DNA from: Saccostrea echinata
Lineage: Eukaryota
Assembly (NCBI RefSeq): GCF_033153115.1
Contig: NW_026889750.1
Coordinates: 44,268,001 to 44,332,000, forward strand
Direction of reading: 5' to 3'
DNA: 64,000 nt
The notes under the pieces were generated by a model, which saw only the letters and a program-made list of their open reading frames with translations, had not been told where the DNA came from and did no database searches. Of this stretch, positions 1 through 13,381 are shown one piece after another. The position numbers and the translations under genes are program-made. Within the stretch, counting starts at the first letter, position 1. Each line of letters opens with the position of its first letter.

Positions 1-466
1 CCAAGTAATGTTGGGTATGTAAAGTGATAGGAGCTTCGCAAGCTAATTAAAATACCTTCAGGCGAAGCGAAAGGTGTATGTGAAATCAGGGACATTATAG
101 GCCTAGGCCTATACTAGGCCTAATTATATAGTATATATATTAAGACTTGTGTTAAATGAATGAATGAATGAATGTACGTGGAAAGTATTGTGACCGTATA
201 AGATTGACTGCATCAAAAGCAAATGCAGAGAACTTTTAAAAAGTATGCATTGAAAACGGAATATATGTAGAAATTTTTCAAAAAAATGTATTATAACTAG
301 TGTCAATACTTTTATGATTTGTTTCAAAACATCCCCCACGGTTTATTTTTTTCCAATGCAGTTTTTGTACGCATGGAGAATTTAAGATAACGATCTCTGC
401 ACTCTGTGATCTGTTTTGTTTTTCCCGACACATTTAAATTTCTACGTAGACAAGAGTTTTTATCAG

Positions 467-491
467 CCAATGAGCGCTGCCAGCAGAGGGC
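467..491 (+). promoter_or_regulatory. CCAAT box next to a CTCF-like core motif
   Basis: AGCCAATGAG at 465..474 and CCAGCAGAGGGC at 480..491, which fits the CTCF core CCRSYAGRKGGC. Lies about 0.8 kb upstream of the SPEF1 ATG. Motif match only. Confidence 0.4.
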
Positions 492-560
492 TCTTTACAT
501 TACTGGTCACCTGTCTGTGTATTGCGCATATCAGACAGGCAAGCCAGTCTAGTTTCGGCA

Positions 561-1102
561 CGTCGATTTACCCAAATGGAAACCCAAAGGGACCCAAATG
601 AAATCAAATCGACCCAAATGGAAAGCAAATGGAATATTAAATATATATTATCGTATTATAAAGTTATTAATTATTTAAAATGATGAAAATATCGAACTTA
701 CAAATGGAGAATATAAATTATTCATTTCTAATATTATATTTTAAAATACGAATTAATTTTCTATGGTATTCTATACATCTGCAAAATTATTGGGGGTGTG
801 CGGCGCCTCCCCTGTGCCCCCCCCGGTTCCTACGGCCACTAAATAAACTTTAATATGAAATACTTCAATTTGTATTCAATGATATGCAAAAGTTACAAAT
901 AGAAAAAAAATTAATTCGTATTTTAAAATACAATATTAGAAATTAATAATTAATATTCTCCATTTGCAAGTTTATTATGTTCATTAAATAAGTAACAACA
1001 TGAAAATACAATGATATATATTTAATATTCCATTTGGGTCCATTTGATTTCCATTTGGGTCCATTTAGGTTTCCATTTAGGGTCCATTTGGGTAAATCGA
1101 CG
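561..1102. mobile_element. Foldback/MITE with long (about 200 bp) terminal inverted repeats
   Basis: CGTCGATTTACCCAAATGG... at 561 is mirrored by ...CCATTTGGGTAAATCGACG at 1102, with internal CCAAATGG subrepeats in both arms. No clear TSD. Confidence 0.75.
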
Positions 1103-1268
1103 CACCCGGAATGTTTTGATGCATGACGGGAAATTCGTTGACAACAAAACAGCAATGGACGCTTTCTACGCACTTCTGTGTATTTAGTGATAAAAGAAAT
1201 TAATTACTGTAAAATCTGTACGGTATGTCATGATAGGAACATTTTCACGGTTCTCAGTGTAAAGAAGA

Positions 1269-4200
1269 ATGTCTGTAGATAAAATCCACCCAGTTGAATC
1301 CGGCCTGGATTATTTCGACGATGAGGAGTTGGAGAATCTTTACACATGGATTGACAGCATCCCTCTCTCCAGACCAAAGAAAAACGTAGCAAGAGATTTT
1401 GCTGATGGAGGTATATTTGATAAAATAGTATTCTAAATGTACTCTTTGATAAGTGCAAATTATTGTCAGTTGAAATTTGTTTCAGGTGCTTCTTTCATAC
1501 ATGAAATATAATGTTTTTCCTTTTTGATAGGTTGGGAAAACTACTTAACAATGACACTATATCTTATGCAGATTATTTTCATATAATAACCAAAAAGAAT
1601 AATATGTTGACGGTGCGACAGTTGGGGCGAGCACAGCTGTTCACTTAATTTTAATAGATCTGCCTCTTCAAACCGCATAAGACATTTGGAACATCTAGAC
1701 TGTGACGTCACATGACGTTGTATGTTTACTTCGCTGCATTTCCATAAACGAATTTTAAAAAGTGCAAAACTTTAACAAAGAACGTTTAATCTACTATCCG
1801 TGTGCAATATCCATTAAATCAAATTGATTTTATTTTTTTGTGAATTTTTAATTGTTGTTACCATGAGAACATAGTTTGTGGCGAGATGCAATAAGCGTTG
1901 CATTGTGGGTCCAGAGGTTACTGCGAAAAAAAATTCATTTGGATGAATGTGCACGGTCCGAATTTTCTCTTCGCCCAGACATTGTCATTAGAGCTCGCAG
2001 GGCGGGCGGCGCCGCTTGCTGCGCTCGCTATAATATCTTGATGTTGCGATCATTTGGGTGAACACAGATGTGTTGGATAGTCTACCTATTCACTTTTAAC
2101 TTAAATCCACCTCTTCAAACTGCAGAAGATATTTGGAAGGTCTAGACTGTGACATCACATGAGGTCATAAATATTATAGTTGCAGATTCCCATAACAAAG
2201 TCTGATATGTGCAATTTTTTAACAAAGAATGTGGATTCAACCATCTGTCTGCATTATTAATCTATGAAAACAAGGTTAGCTTACTATTTTTTTTATTGGT
2301 ATACTTTTGATTGGTTACTGTAAGTATTGACGTTTCAAAGGGTGCCATATGCGATTTATTGGATCAATGTACAGACAGTCCAAATTTTGTTTTTACCCAG
2401 GCATTGCTTAAGAGCTCGCAGTGACGAGTGGTGCTTCGTGCTGCTTGCTATAATGATATATAGTATATACCCAAAAAGACTATATTTATATAAAGAGATC
2501 TCCATATAGCCTTCTCATGTCATATGAGAGATGCTTTTATGAAAAAATGGGGGGGGGGGGTTAGTTGTAATCTGCAGCTTGTTTTATTATATGTTATTTT
2601 AAAAATTATACAGAAAATAAAAAAAAAATAATAACACCCTGAAGAAATCAGATTTACATTACAGAAAATACTCAAATAATTAGGTAAAATGAGTTTTGCA
2701 GAACATAGTTAATGTCATGACTATCAAGCTATCCTGAAGGGGGATGAAAGGGTCTGAATCACCCTTATCACCACCTTCAATGTTTGGATCTGCTTTACAT
2801 TTTTATTGTGTTATTTAAATACCATACAAAATTACTATAATTATGTAGTATTTTGTAACTGTGGTTGAAAAAATGTGATTGTTTGTATATATTAAGACTT
2901 ATTTACCCTAAAAATATTTTGGCCTATGAGAGATATGTATATGGTATAGACTAAAAACAGTAGTCAGATAGTAGTGATAACTGAAATCAAAGTATTTCAA
3001 ACTTTTGACGCACAAGAATAAATAAAAATATTTATGGGTTGAACTGGTGATTGTACTGTAGTGTTGGTGGCTGAGATAGTCCAGAATTTCTTCCCTCAGC
3101 TGGTGCAAATGCACAACTACACCCCAGCGAATGCTACCAATCAAAAGAAGGAAAACTGGCTCGTCCTCAACAGGTACAAAAAGGTCACTCTCTGCCTATG
3201 TGGTTTTTGGTGCTGTAGTTCACTTAACGTCACCTGGAGAACTCAGTTTATTGACAAAACACTTAATTAAGTTCTGTTATTTCTGGACTAACACTTGTTT
3301 TATTATGAAAATCAATCTTTTAATTGAAATCTTTGCGGTTACTGTTATTTGGAAATTTTCATCACCTTCTTATTTCCATGCTGTTTGTCCTCATTTTGAA
3401 CTCATACATTCTGAATGCATGAATTCATTCATATTAAATTGAACTAATTTAACAGAGGTCTTAATTTGAGCAGAATCAAGAGAGGATAAAAATTCCCAGA
3501 ATACAGTAACTGATATATCCAGGTGATTCCCTTTGTAGTGCTCAGCTGTTAGTGTCTATATTAATGTAAATATGTCAATGATTCATTTACACCTATACTG
3601 TTAAATGTCCCTTAGTTCTGGTTATAGTAGTCATCCTTTACTGTACAATTAAGTTCTGATAGATTTGTAATTTTGTATTAATCATTAATTTAACTTGATT
3701 GATTTTTTTCTGCTGACATTATTTTTTTTCTTGAAACTATATGTAAATAGTTTAATACTGCTAGTAAGCCTGTTTTTTTTTTGTTACTGTGTTTGAATGT
3801 GCATGTGCTTTTCCCAGCATCATCTGTTTGAAATCAATTTATAAAAGCAAGATAATGTACCTTGATGTATGACATGTTTCCATTAAGTATAGGAAAAGGG
3901 GGGGGGAGGGGGGGGGGACCCAGACTATAGCCAAGTGTAGTGAAGCAAATAAATTATGTACCTAGTACCACTTCAGTGTAGACTATATAACTAGCTATGT
4001 TTGTAATGTGTATAGCTCCTAGCTGTCAGTCTAGAATATCAAGTCAGTTTGAGTGGTGCATGTGGAAAAAAAAGAAAAAGAAGGAACTTCATTCAGCATG
4101 ATGGTCCTTAACTATAAACCATTTAGCTGGATAATGGTGGTATATAAATTTGGAGTGAGCTTTATTTTGTAATAATTGAGACTCCTTAAAGTGGCAATAT

Positions 4201-5993
4201 GTGATTCTTTAAGTTTCACTCAATACTTAAAGTAACAAATCCCCACTCAACAATATGTACAGTTGATATTAATCTAATCAAATTTTCATACTTGTCTGCT
4301 CACATACTTGCAATCTGTTTTTAAAGAGTTTATAATTGTTTTTACACCTGTTGGCAACTACATACAATTTAACTGTAGTATGAGTTAGTATTGTTTCAGT
4401 AGTTGCTGATTATCAACAAGATGTGTTTGTGAAACACTGATGCCCCCGTATGGCAACTTACAGCGAAGGTTAAACTTTCTCAAATGCAAATCAAATATGT
4501 TGGTACCCAAAGTAAGGTCTTGTCCCGAGGAATAAACCTGTGAAATATGAAAGCCCTAGCAGCAACCATTGAAAAGATAGGAAAAGGTTAAAGTTTTTAA
4601 AAGTAAGTCAAACATCAGGGTCAAGGTCAAATGGTCAAAATTAATGGAGTCCAAGGAAAGGCCTTATCACAAGAAATATACATGTGAAATATGAAAGTCC
4701 TATCACCAACCATTCAAAAGATTTGGCCAAGGTTAAAGTTTTTCAAAAGTAGGTCAAACTCCCAAGTTCAAGTTCAAAGGGCTATAATTGTTGGTATCCA
4801 AAGGAAGGTCTTCTCACAAGAAATACACAAGTGAAATATGAAAGCTCTAAAACCAATTGTTCAAAGTTATGGTCAAGGTTAAAGTTTTCCAAAAGTAGGT
4901 CAAACTCCAAGCTTCAGGTCAAAGGTTCAGTGTTGTTGGTATCTAAAGGAAGGTCTTGTCACGAGGATTACATTTGTGAAGTATGAAGATTACATTGGTG
5001 AAGTATGAAAGCCCTGGCACCAACAGTCCAAAAGTTATGGCCAAGGTTAAAGTTTTGCAAAAGTATGTCAAACTCCTAGGTCAAGGTCAAAGGACCAAAG
5101 TTGCTGGTATCCAAAGGAAGGTTTTGTCACAAGGATTACATATGTGAAGTATGAAAGCCTTTACACCAACCATTTAAAAGTTATGGCCAAGGTTAAAGTT
5201 GGATAAAATTTTGTAAAACTGGGTCAGATTCCAAGGTCAAGGTCAAAAGGTCAAACATGATGGTACCCAAGGAAAGGACTTGTCACAAGGAATACACAGT
5301 AATTTGAAATATGAAAGCCATAGCTCAAACCAATAAAAAGTTATGAGCAGTGTTAAAGTTTTTGCAGACAAACAGCTAGACAGACAGACAGATGGACGGA
5401 CAGGGCTAAAACTATATACCCCCAAATCTTTGATACGGGGGCGTAAAAAATAATTGCTGAAACAGCACTTCAGCGCAATCAATAGAAAATTTTAAACATT
5501 GATATTGCTAAATATTTTAGAAATATTCCTTTGAACTAATTTGGTTTTTCATTTAGCATTACCAAGGGATGTTACTCTATTTCTCATGCAGATGGCAAAC
5601 AAACTAGAAGTTGATCCTGCAGATTTGTAGGAGTACCAAAAAGAGTACCGGTACTTAAAATGTTCTAAGCCATACTGTAAAACAAAAAAACTTCAAAGGT
5701 CTTCATCAGAGCCTTGAGTTTTGGGTATATAGGACTTGTCTGTCTGTAAATATCTGCAGGTTTACAAATATTATGCTGGTCATTACTTAATTCAACACAA
5801 TGGGATCTACCTGTAAATTACACTTTGTATTTAAGGTAAAGGTCTGGAAGCATCAGTACAAGTTGAGGTCATACTCAGATATCCATAGGCTGCTAATCTA
5901 AATGGATTAGTATTTTATTCATTTAACATTTTGATTTCAGGTCAGTCATGTGGCATGTATGTGGCAGACTCACTGTGACAGTGTTATGTCTGA

Positions 5994-6073
<80 letters not shown>

Positions 6074-9000
6074 TTTGCTGGAGATTGTTAGCAATATGTG
6101 CTTTACTTTTTGCTTAATTACTTTCAGTACTGGTTTCTGAGATAATGTATCATAAATTCCCCCACCTGGTGCAGAAACACAACTATAGCACGGCCAATTC
6201 CACTTCAAAAAAGATGGAGAATTGGTTATATATGAACAGGTAACAGCAGGAAACCCAGATTTAACCTTGGTTGTTTGATTCCCCATTACCCACAGAACAG
6301 TTTCCTTCCTAAATACAAACCATTAGATAGAATACCACCCTCCCTATACATGTACAAACAGAACAGTTTCCTTCCTAAATACAAACCATTAGATATAATA
6401 CCACCCTCCCTATACATGTACAAATAGAACAGATCCCTTCCTAAGTACAAACCATTAGATAGAACATCACCCTCCCTATACAAACAGAGCAGTTCTCTTC
6501 CTAAATACAAACCATTAGATAGAACATCACCCTCCCTATACATGTACAAACAGAAGAGTTCCCTTCCTAAATACAAACCATTAGAACACCACCCTTCCTA
6601 TACAAAGAGAGCAGTTCCCTTCCTAAATACAAACCATTAGATAGAACATCACCCTCCCTATACAGACAGAGCAGTTCCCTTCCTAAATACAAACCATTAG
6701 ATAGAACATCACCCTCCCTATACAAACAGAGCAGTTCCCTTCCTAAATACAAACCATTAGATAGAACATCACCCTCCCTATACATGTACAAACAGAAGAG
6801 TTCCCTTCCTAAATACAAACCGTTAGAACACCACCCTTCCTATACAAAGAGAGCAGTTCCCTTCCTAAATACAAACCATTAGATAGAACATCACCCTCCC
6901 TATACAAACAGAGCAGTTCCCTTCCTAAATACAAACCATTAGATAGAACATCACCCTCCCTATACAAACAGAGCAGTTCCCTTCCTAAATACAAACCATT
7001 AGATAGAACATCACCGTCCCTATACATGTACAAACAGAAGAGTTCCCTTCCTAAATACAAACCGTTAGAACACCACCCTTCCTATACAAAGAGAGCAGTT
7101 CCCTTCCTAAATACAAACCATTAGATAGAATACCACCCTCCCTATACATGTACAAACAGAAGAGTTCCCTTCCTAAACAGAAACTGTTAGAACACCACCC
7201 TTTCTATACAAACAGAGCAGTTTCCTTCCTAAATACAGACCATTAGATAAAACATCACCCTCCCTATACATGTACAAACAGAAGAGTTCCCTTCCTAAAT
7301 ACAAACCGTTAGAACACACCCTCCCTATACAAACCGAACACCACCCTTCTCTTCTACTCTCTGAATATATTTAAAAATAACAGTTTAATTTGTCAAAGAT
7401 TGATAGATTGCAAATTCTCTTGACATTTGAAATTAAATCTGTACGACTTGAATTTAAACATGTATATACAAGTACAAGTTAGTAAACAGAAACCATCATT
7501 AGAATTGTTAATTTATCTCCTTGTTTAAAGCATGCATTACTGTGGGCATGGTGGAAAAAAGAATAGTTTGTAAAATTTTATTAACTTTTTTTTTTACATT
7601 GACAAACCACTTCTCATTCCAAAGTCTGAGATTAATGTTATGGAGTGTCTATATCCAAAAGTATGAAAAGTTAAGGTCATTACATAACATAATCAAGTTT
7701 TACTACTTCATTGAAATTGTGTATTAAATTGAAGTCACTGTTTGTTCATTTCAATGCCTTTTAAATCGAGCCAACACATGGAAGAGTTGTTCATTAATAT
7801 CACTTTGATTTTAACTAAAATAGACAATGCATTAAATGCCCATCATTTTATAAGCTAGCCTAGTTGTATCTCAATATCAAAAAGTTAATACAGTTATCTT
7901 GTGACTGAAATAAGGATAATTCTGAAATATAATACAGAACCCATTACTGAGTCCTCACAGATTAAATTTAAGATTAGATAAGTATCATAAAGTGTTTTCC
8001 CTAAGAACCGGCTATCGGCCAAATTGACTGCATCAATTGATAAAAATGCCGCTTTGAAATAAAAAAAACAACAAAATTTAATTGTTGTAAGGTCCACAGA
8101 GATTTGTCATGAACTTCAATCCATAGCCTATTACAATTGATCTCTAAGCCTCACTTTGAAATAAATTAAGGGAATTAAAACACTGTGATATATTCTTATA
8201 TATAGTGAATTTCTCTGATTTCTATATTTTCACTTAAGGCAGTTATGTTAGTCAAAGGAGTTCATTGTTAAATACATGTGCTTTAAAATAATAATTTCAG
8301 TGAAAGTGTAAATGGTAATGATCCTTTTATAAAACTAAAGTCCAAATAGCTTTATCTCACTTCTATTCTCAATGACCATGTAGTGTAGGGTTGCACTGCA
8401 AAAATTCAGTCTACAGTAATCCAGTCTTTGCTGGCTAGGCTGTGAGATATATTTATAAGCCTTTTATTGAGTCCTCTCAGACTAAGCTGTGAAATATATT
8501 TATTGAGTCCTCTTAGACAAGGCTGTGAAATATATTGAGTCCTCTCAGACTAGGCCGTGAAATATATTTATTGAGTCCTCTCAGACTAGGCTGTGAAATA
8601 TATTTATTGAGTCCTCTTAGACTTGGCCGTGAAATATATTTATTGAGTCCGCTCAGACTAGATTGTGAAATATATTTATTGAGTCCTCTCAGACTAGACT
8701 GTGAAATATATTTATTGAGTCCTTTCAGACTAGGCTGTGAAATATATTTATTGAGTCCTCTCGGAAAAGGCTGAGAGATTTATTAACACAAGAACCTTTT
8801 TTTGAGTCCTCTCAGACTAAGTTGTGAGATATATAGGAGCCTTTGATTGAGTCCTCACAGACTAAGAATAGTTGCCTGTTGATGAGACCTTGCCGCCTTG
8901 CCTGTAGGATATAAATAAGGAGCCTGTTACCAAGTCATCATGAATTAGGCTAGAATATAAAGCAAGATTGAGTGTTATGTAAACAAAACTTTTAGCCTGC

Positions 9001-12000
9001 ATATCCTAGACCTTGACATCCAACTACCTATGTATGCTATTAAAGCTAATACTAGTATTTCTCCCCTTGATAATTATCTCATTGCTGCATGTATTTATTT
9101 ATCCTTTCTTTTCTGTAATTTGCATGTTTCCTTTCTTCACTTTTTGGTTGGCTATGTAATATTACTTTAGAATAATAACATGGTATGTAACATTCTGTGG
9201 TCAAATGTATTCAGCTGAACTATTTTTTAATTTGAGAAAAGAAATGTGATTTAACAGATTTTTCAAGATAATATATTAAAGAATCATTTACCTATTTAAA
9301 TTTATAAATATTAAACATTTCTGTGATCATTTTTTTTTTAATATAAATGTTTTTTTTTAAAAAGCATTGTTTATTGCTACAGAAAAGTGTTTAAAAAACT
9401 GAACTTTGAACTCTCGGATGCCCTTATTCGGGATTTAGTGAATGCCAAGCCAGGAACCATTGAGTTACTTTTAAGAATGCTGAAACGGAAAATTGAAATG
9501 GCAGAGTGGGAAATGAAGAGAAACCCTCCACAGCGGCATGCTGGAGGTAGGAGAAATGAAAGTGATCAGCCTGAGGCGGACCAAAATATAGGTATGTGTA
9601 AAATGGGGCAACTTAACTGCAATGTTGGCTTATGTAAATATTAACATTAGAACATTTATTAAATATAACATTGACTTGGTATTTATGATTAGTATGATCA
9701 TAGGATACTTCATTGTACTGTAATTACTATGAGGGAGTAACTGCGGAAAAATATAATGGCAGAATGTTCAATTCCTCGTCTCGGATCCATTATAAAGCTA
9801 TTTGAATAGAACTGTAAGATTATAGAAAATAATGAATTCAACCTTTGAAAGATTATATTAGAAAAAATTGCCAAAACAAAACAAAGTTAAGAAAATGCAG
9901 AAGTGATTGTACATAAAATATTAGTTTAATATCAGTCAACAATGCAGGTTTTAAGTATACATATTAATGCTCTCTGATCAGAACAAAGCTTCTGTCTAAA
10001 TCTGGATACATCTCAAATGTTAATGTTCTAAAGTATGAATATGTCAAATTTTTAAATAACAAGAATTATGCATTACAATAATTTTTTATACATCATTTTA
10101 AAAATCTTGCTATATCTCCATGGTCTCATGGAAAAATAATCGTTAATAATAAACAAAAGTTATCTTGTATTTTCTCAAGGTCTAGCCTCAAAGAAACATT
10201 TCTTTCTCCAAAGTAAAACCTTTACACTTTGAAGCACATGCAGTGTTTGGGATAATGCGTACACTACAGAGTGCAGTGTGCCTTAGGTTACAGAAACTCA
10301 CTTTTCTTAAGCCTATAAGTTTGATCTGTATGTGGTATTTAGTTGTAAGCCTGTCATTTTGACCATCCACTGAAGTTTCAAGTTTTAAAATTTAGCCCAA
10401 GTGGAACTTCATATAAGAAAATCAGAATGACTGAATTATAATCAAATAATCATTTTTAGATAACAAGAATTGTGCATTACAATAATTAGTCTGACTGGTT
10501 TTTTGCTTACATGAGATGAATGCAAATTTATGTGAGCTTTTCTGATCAAAATTTGTACGTTGTCTGTTGTGTTTGTTGTTGTCATAGATTTTTTTTACAA
10601 GTTCATCTTTTTCTTCAGAACCACAAGCCAATTTCAATTAAACTTAGAAAAGAGGATCCTTGGGTAAAGAGGACAAATTTGTTCAAATAAAAGACTATAC
10701 CCTCTTTTAAGAAGAGATAATTAAAATAAGTAAAAATAGGGTGGGGTCATTTAAAAATCTTCTTCTCAAGAACAGTGGGGCCAGAAAAGATGAAACTCAA
10801 GTGAAAGCTTCCTAACATAGATTTGAATTTAATTGCTTAAATCGTGATCCCCCAGGGGAAGGGTGGGGCTGCTATGATTGATCAAAGATGTACATGAGTA
10901 TATATAGGAAAAATCTTAAGAAATATTCTCATCAAGAACAACAAAGCAATGATCAGTTGTATTTCTATGGAAGGTAGCATTCACAGGCAGTGAGGATTCA
11001 AGTTTGTTTAAATCATGACCCTTGGGGATAAGATGTGGCCACAGTTTTATATAGGAAAACAAAAAAAATCTGTTAAAACCTTTTCCCAGGAATAGCAAAG
11101 TCATGATTAGTCATATTTATAATAATCTGCTGAAGGGCCATGGTTACTGTAAACCAACTTTTATTCGCGACGACTTTATTTCGCGATTTACCAGGGGTAA
11201 ACTAGTTCGCGACGATTAATTTTCGCGATCAAGCCTTTTTTGGATCTGTTGTTAATGGAAAGAGAGACTTTAAGGACCGGTTCGCTGCGAGAAATATTCG
11301 TGATGACGAGGCTCTCGCGAACCTTGCGAAGATTTCTCGCATGCGAATAAAAGTTGGTTTACAGTACTCGGGTGAGTGTTGTGGCGCATGGACCTCTTTA
11401 GTTTGTTGGTGATAGAAGCATTATCCATTCCTCTTACATCTTCAAGTATTCTTCAATACCTTTAAAAAAACTTTACAATTTTTCTGTCTCTTAGCATATA
11501 CTGTATAGTGGGAAAAATAGCAATGTTAATTATAATATTTATTATATCCTTGCATTCAGTAAAGTTCCAAATTCAGTCAACAGTGAAAATATGCAAGTCA
11601 TTATATATACAGTGAAGACAATTTTCATTTGTGCAAATTCAGACACTTGCAATTATAGGTGTCAAAAGAAATATGTAAAGTGAAAGTTGTATATTGGCAA
11701 ATTTAAACCCCTATACAGAAAGTTTTCTTGGTCATGCTAATTTCCTTTACCTCAAAAGCTGTTTTAGTGGTGGATCCAAAGGAAAGAGGGGCAACCTATC
11801 AGGCACCAACCTTTTTTTCCTCACTTCTTGGTGAAACCTTCATTTGAAATATATATTATTATTGCACTTTATTATACTGTATAATGAATTAGATATCTTT
11901 GTAATGGCATTTTCTATACATTTCAAGAGTATACATTGTAGATATCAAAGCTTGTATCAGTACATGATAGTTTGGTAGTAATGTATAAATGTAACATAAA

Positions 12001-13336
12001 TAGTTAATAATCATCTAAATTTGTATTGATATTTGGTGTCATACTCCACAATCTGAACATGTAAGAACAAATACAGTTTATCATGACGTATAAAATGCTG
12101 TACCTGATTGAATGGATGAACTTATCTATGATTTGTAGGATCCCCTGGGCGGAGTCGGAAGGGAGTGAGTCCTACTAGAGGAGGAGGAGGGTAAGTGCAT
12201 GAACAATCCACATTTCTACATTAATGAACTTCTCCCTCCAACAATTTACCTTGTTCAAATCCACCACATTCTCACAATTTTCTGCCTCCTGACACTGCTA
12301 ACATATACTTGTTGAATATATGCCAATTTGAAACACTGGATTTAAGTATGCATGAGTACCATCACTACATGTACATGTATTACCTGTAATAAGACAAAAT
12401 AACTTATTTATGCCCTGTTCACACGGAGTGTTTAATTCGCAGTAAATTAATGCGAAATAAAATAATGCGAATTAAACTAATGCGAATAAAATTGTTTTCA
12501 GACGACAGCAAATGCGAAGTAAACTATAATGCGAATTAAAATTTTATTTCTACAGTAAGGCTATTCAGTAAAGCTATTATGACGTCATTTACAAATCACG
12601 TCACATATGCAGAGCAGATCCATTTGACATAATGTCGTAGTGACTGTGAGTGTATATACTTTAGTGATTAACATAATTTTCCTCTATATTTCACTCAAAA
12701 ATAGCACAGATACCTATATCTGACCACCGATATGTGGCATGTAACTTAGTTAATTCTGCCATTACTCATGCGTCAGAATTTAATTCGAATTAGCTTCGCT
12801 TAGTGTTCACACTGAGGTTAATGTGCAGTAAACTAATTCGAATTGAACTGATTTGCATTGAATTCTCTGTGTGAACGCGGTTCAAATTTAATTCACAGTA
12901 ACTTACGTTTAATTCGAATTAAATTCTTTGTGTGAACAAGGGCATTATATCTGAAAAATTTTACATTTTAGTAAAGGTGAACCAAATGCTTCAGTAAGCT
13001 TTTTTTTATCAATTTTTGTTTAGTTCACCGTAACACTTTTTTAAAAATATTTGGTGGGATGGGGTGGGGGTTGTTGTTGTTGAAGGTAAATCAGACACCA
13101 AACTTTATTTAGAATAGCTTCTTTTATGAGGAATTCAAGATAAGTCAATCTTTTTTTCTTTTCAGGGTCAGATAATACAAAAATAATGAAAAAGGGCATG
13201 TCACTTAAAAAATCATACTTATTTTCAAAAACCTCTTTGTAAAGATTAGTATTATTATTCTTGGGAAAGAATCATGGGCAACTGTAACTAGGATATTTAA
13301 TTCTGTAATATGACTGATCTCCTACTTTAAAAAAAA

Positions 13337-13381
<45 letters not shown>

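Noticed and set aside
1125-1160. RFX X-box expected for a ciliary gene
   Set aside because: Only a partial GTTGACAAC resemblance that does not fit the X-box spacing.
6071-6286. Minus-strand 71-aa ORF
   Set aside because: It is the antisense shadow of SPEF1 exon 2b.
6286-7060. Repetitive minus-strand ORFs, and a possible CRISPR-like array
   Set aside because: This is a 60-bp minisatellite with no unique spacers, in a eukaryotic intron.
7893-7980. YLVTEI-like peptide after a CAG as a third SPEF1 exon-2 copy
   Set aside because: The phase is incompatible with exon 1, similarity stops after about 5 residues, and there is no matching donor.
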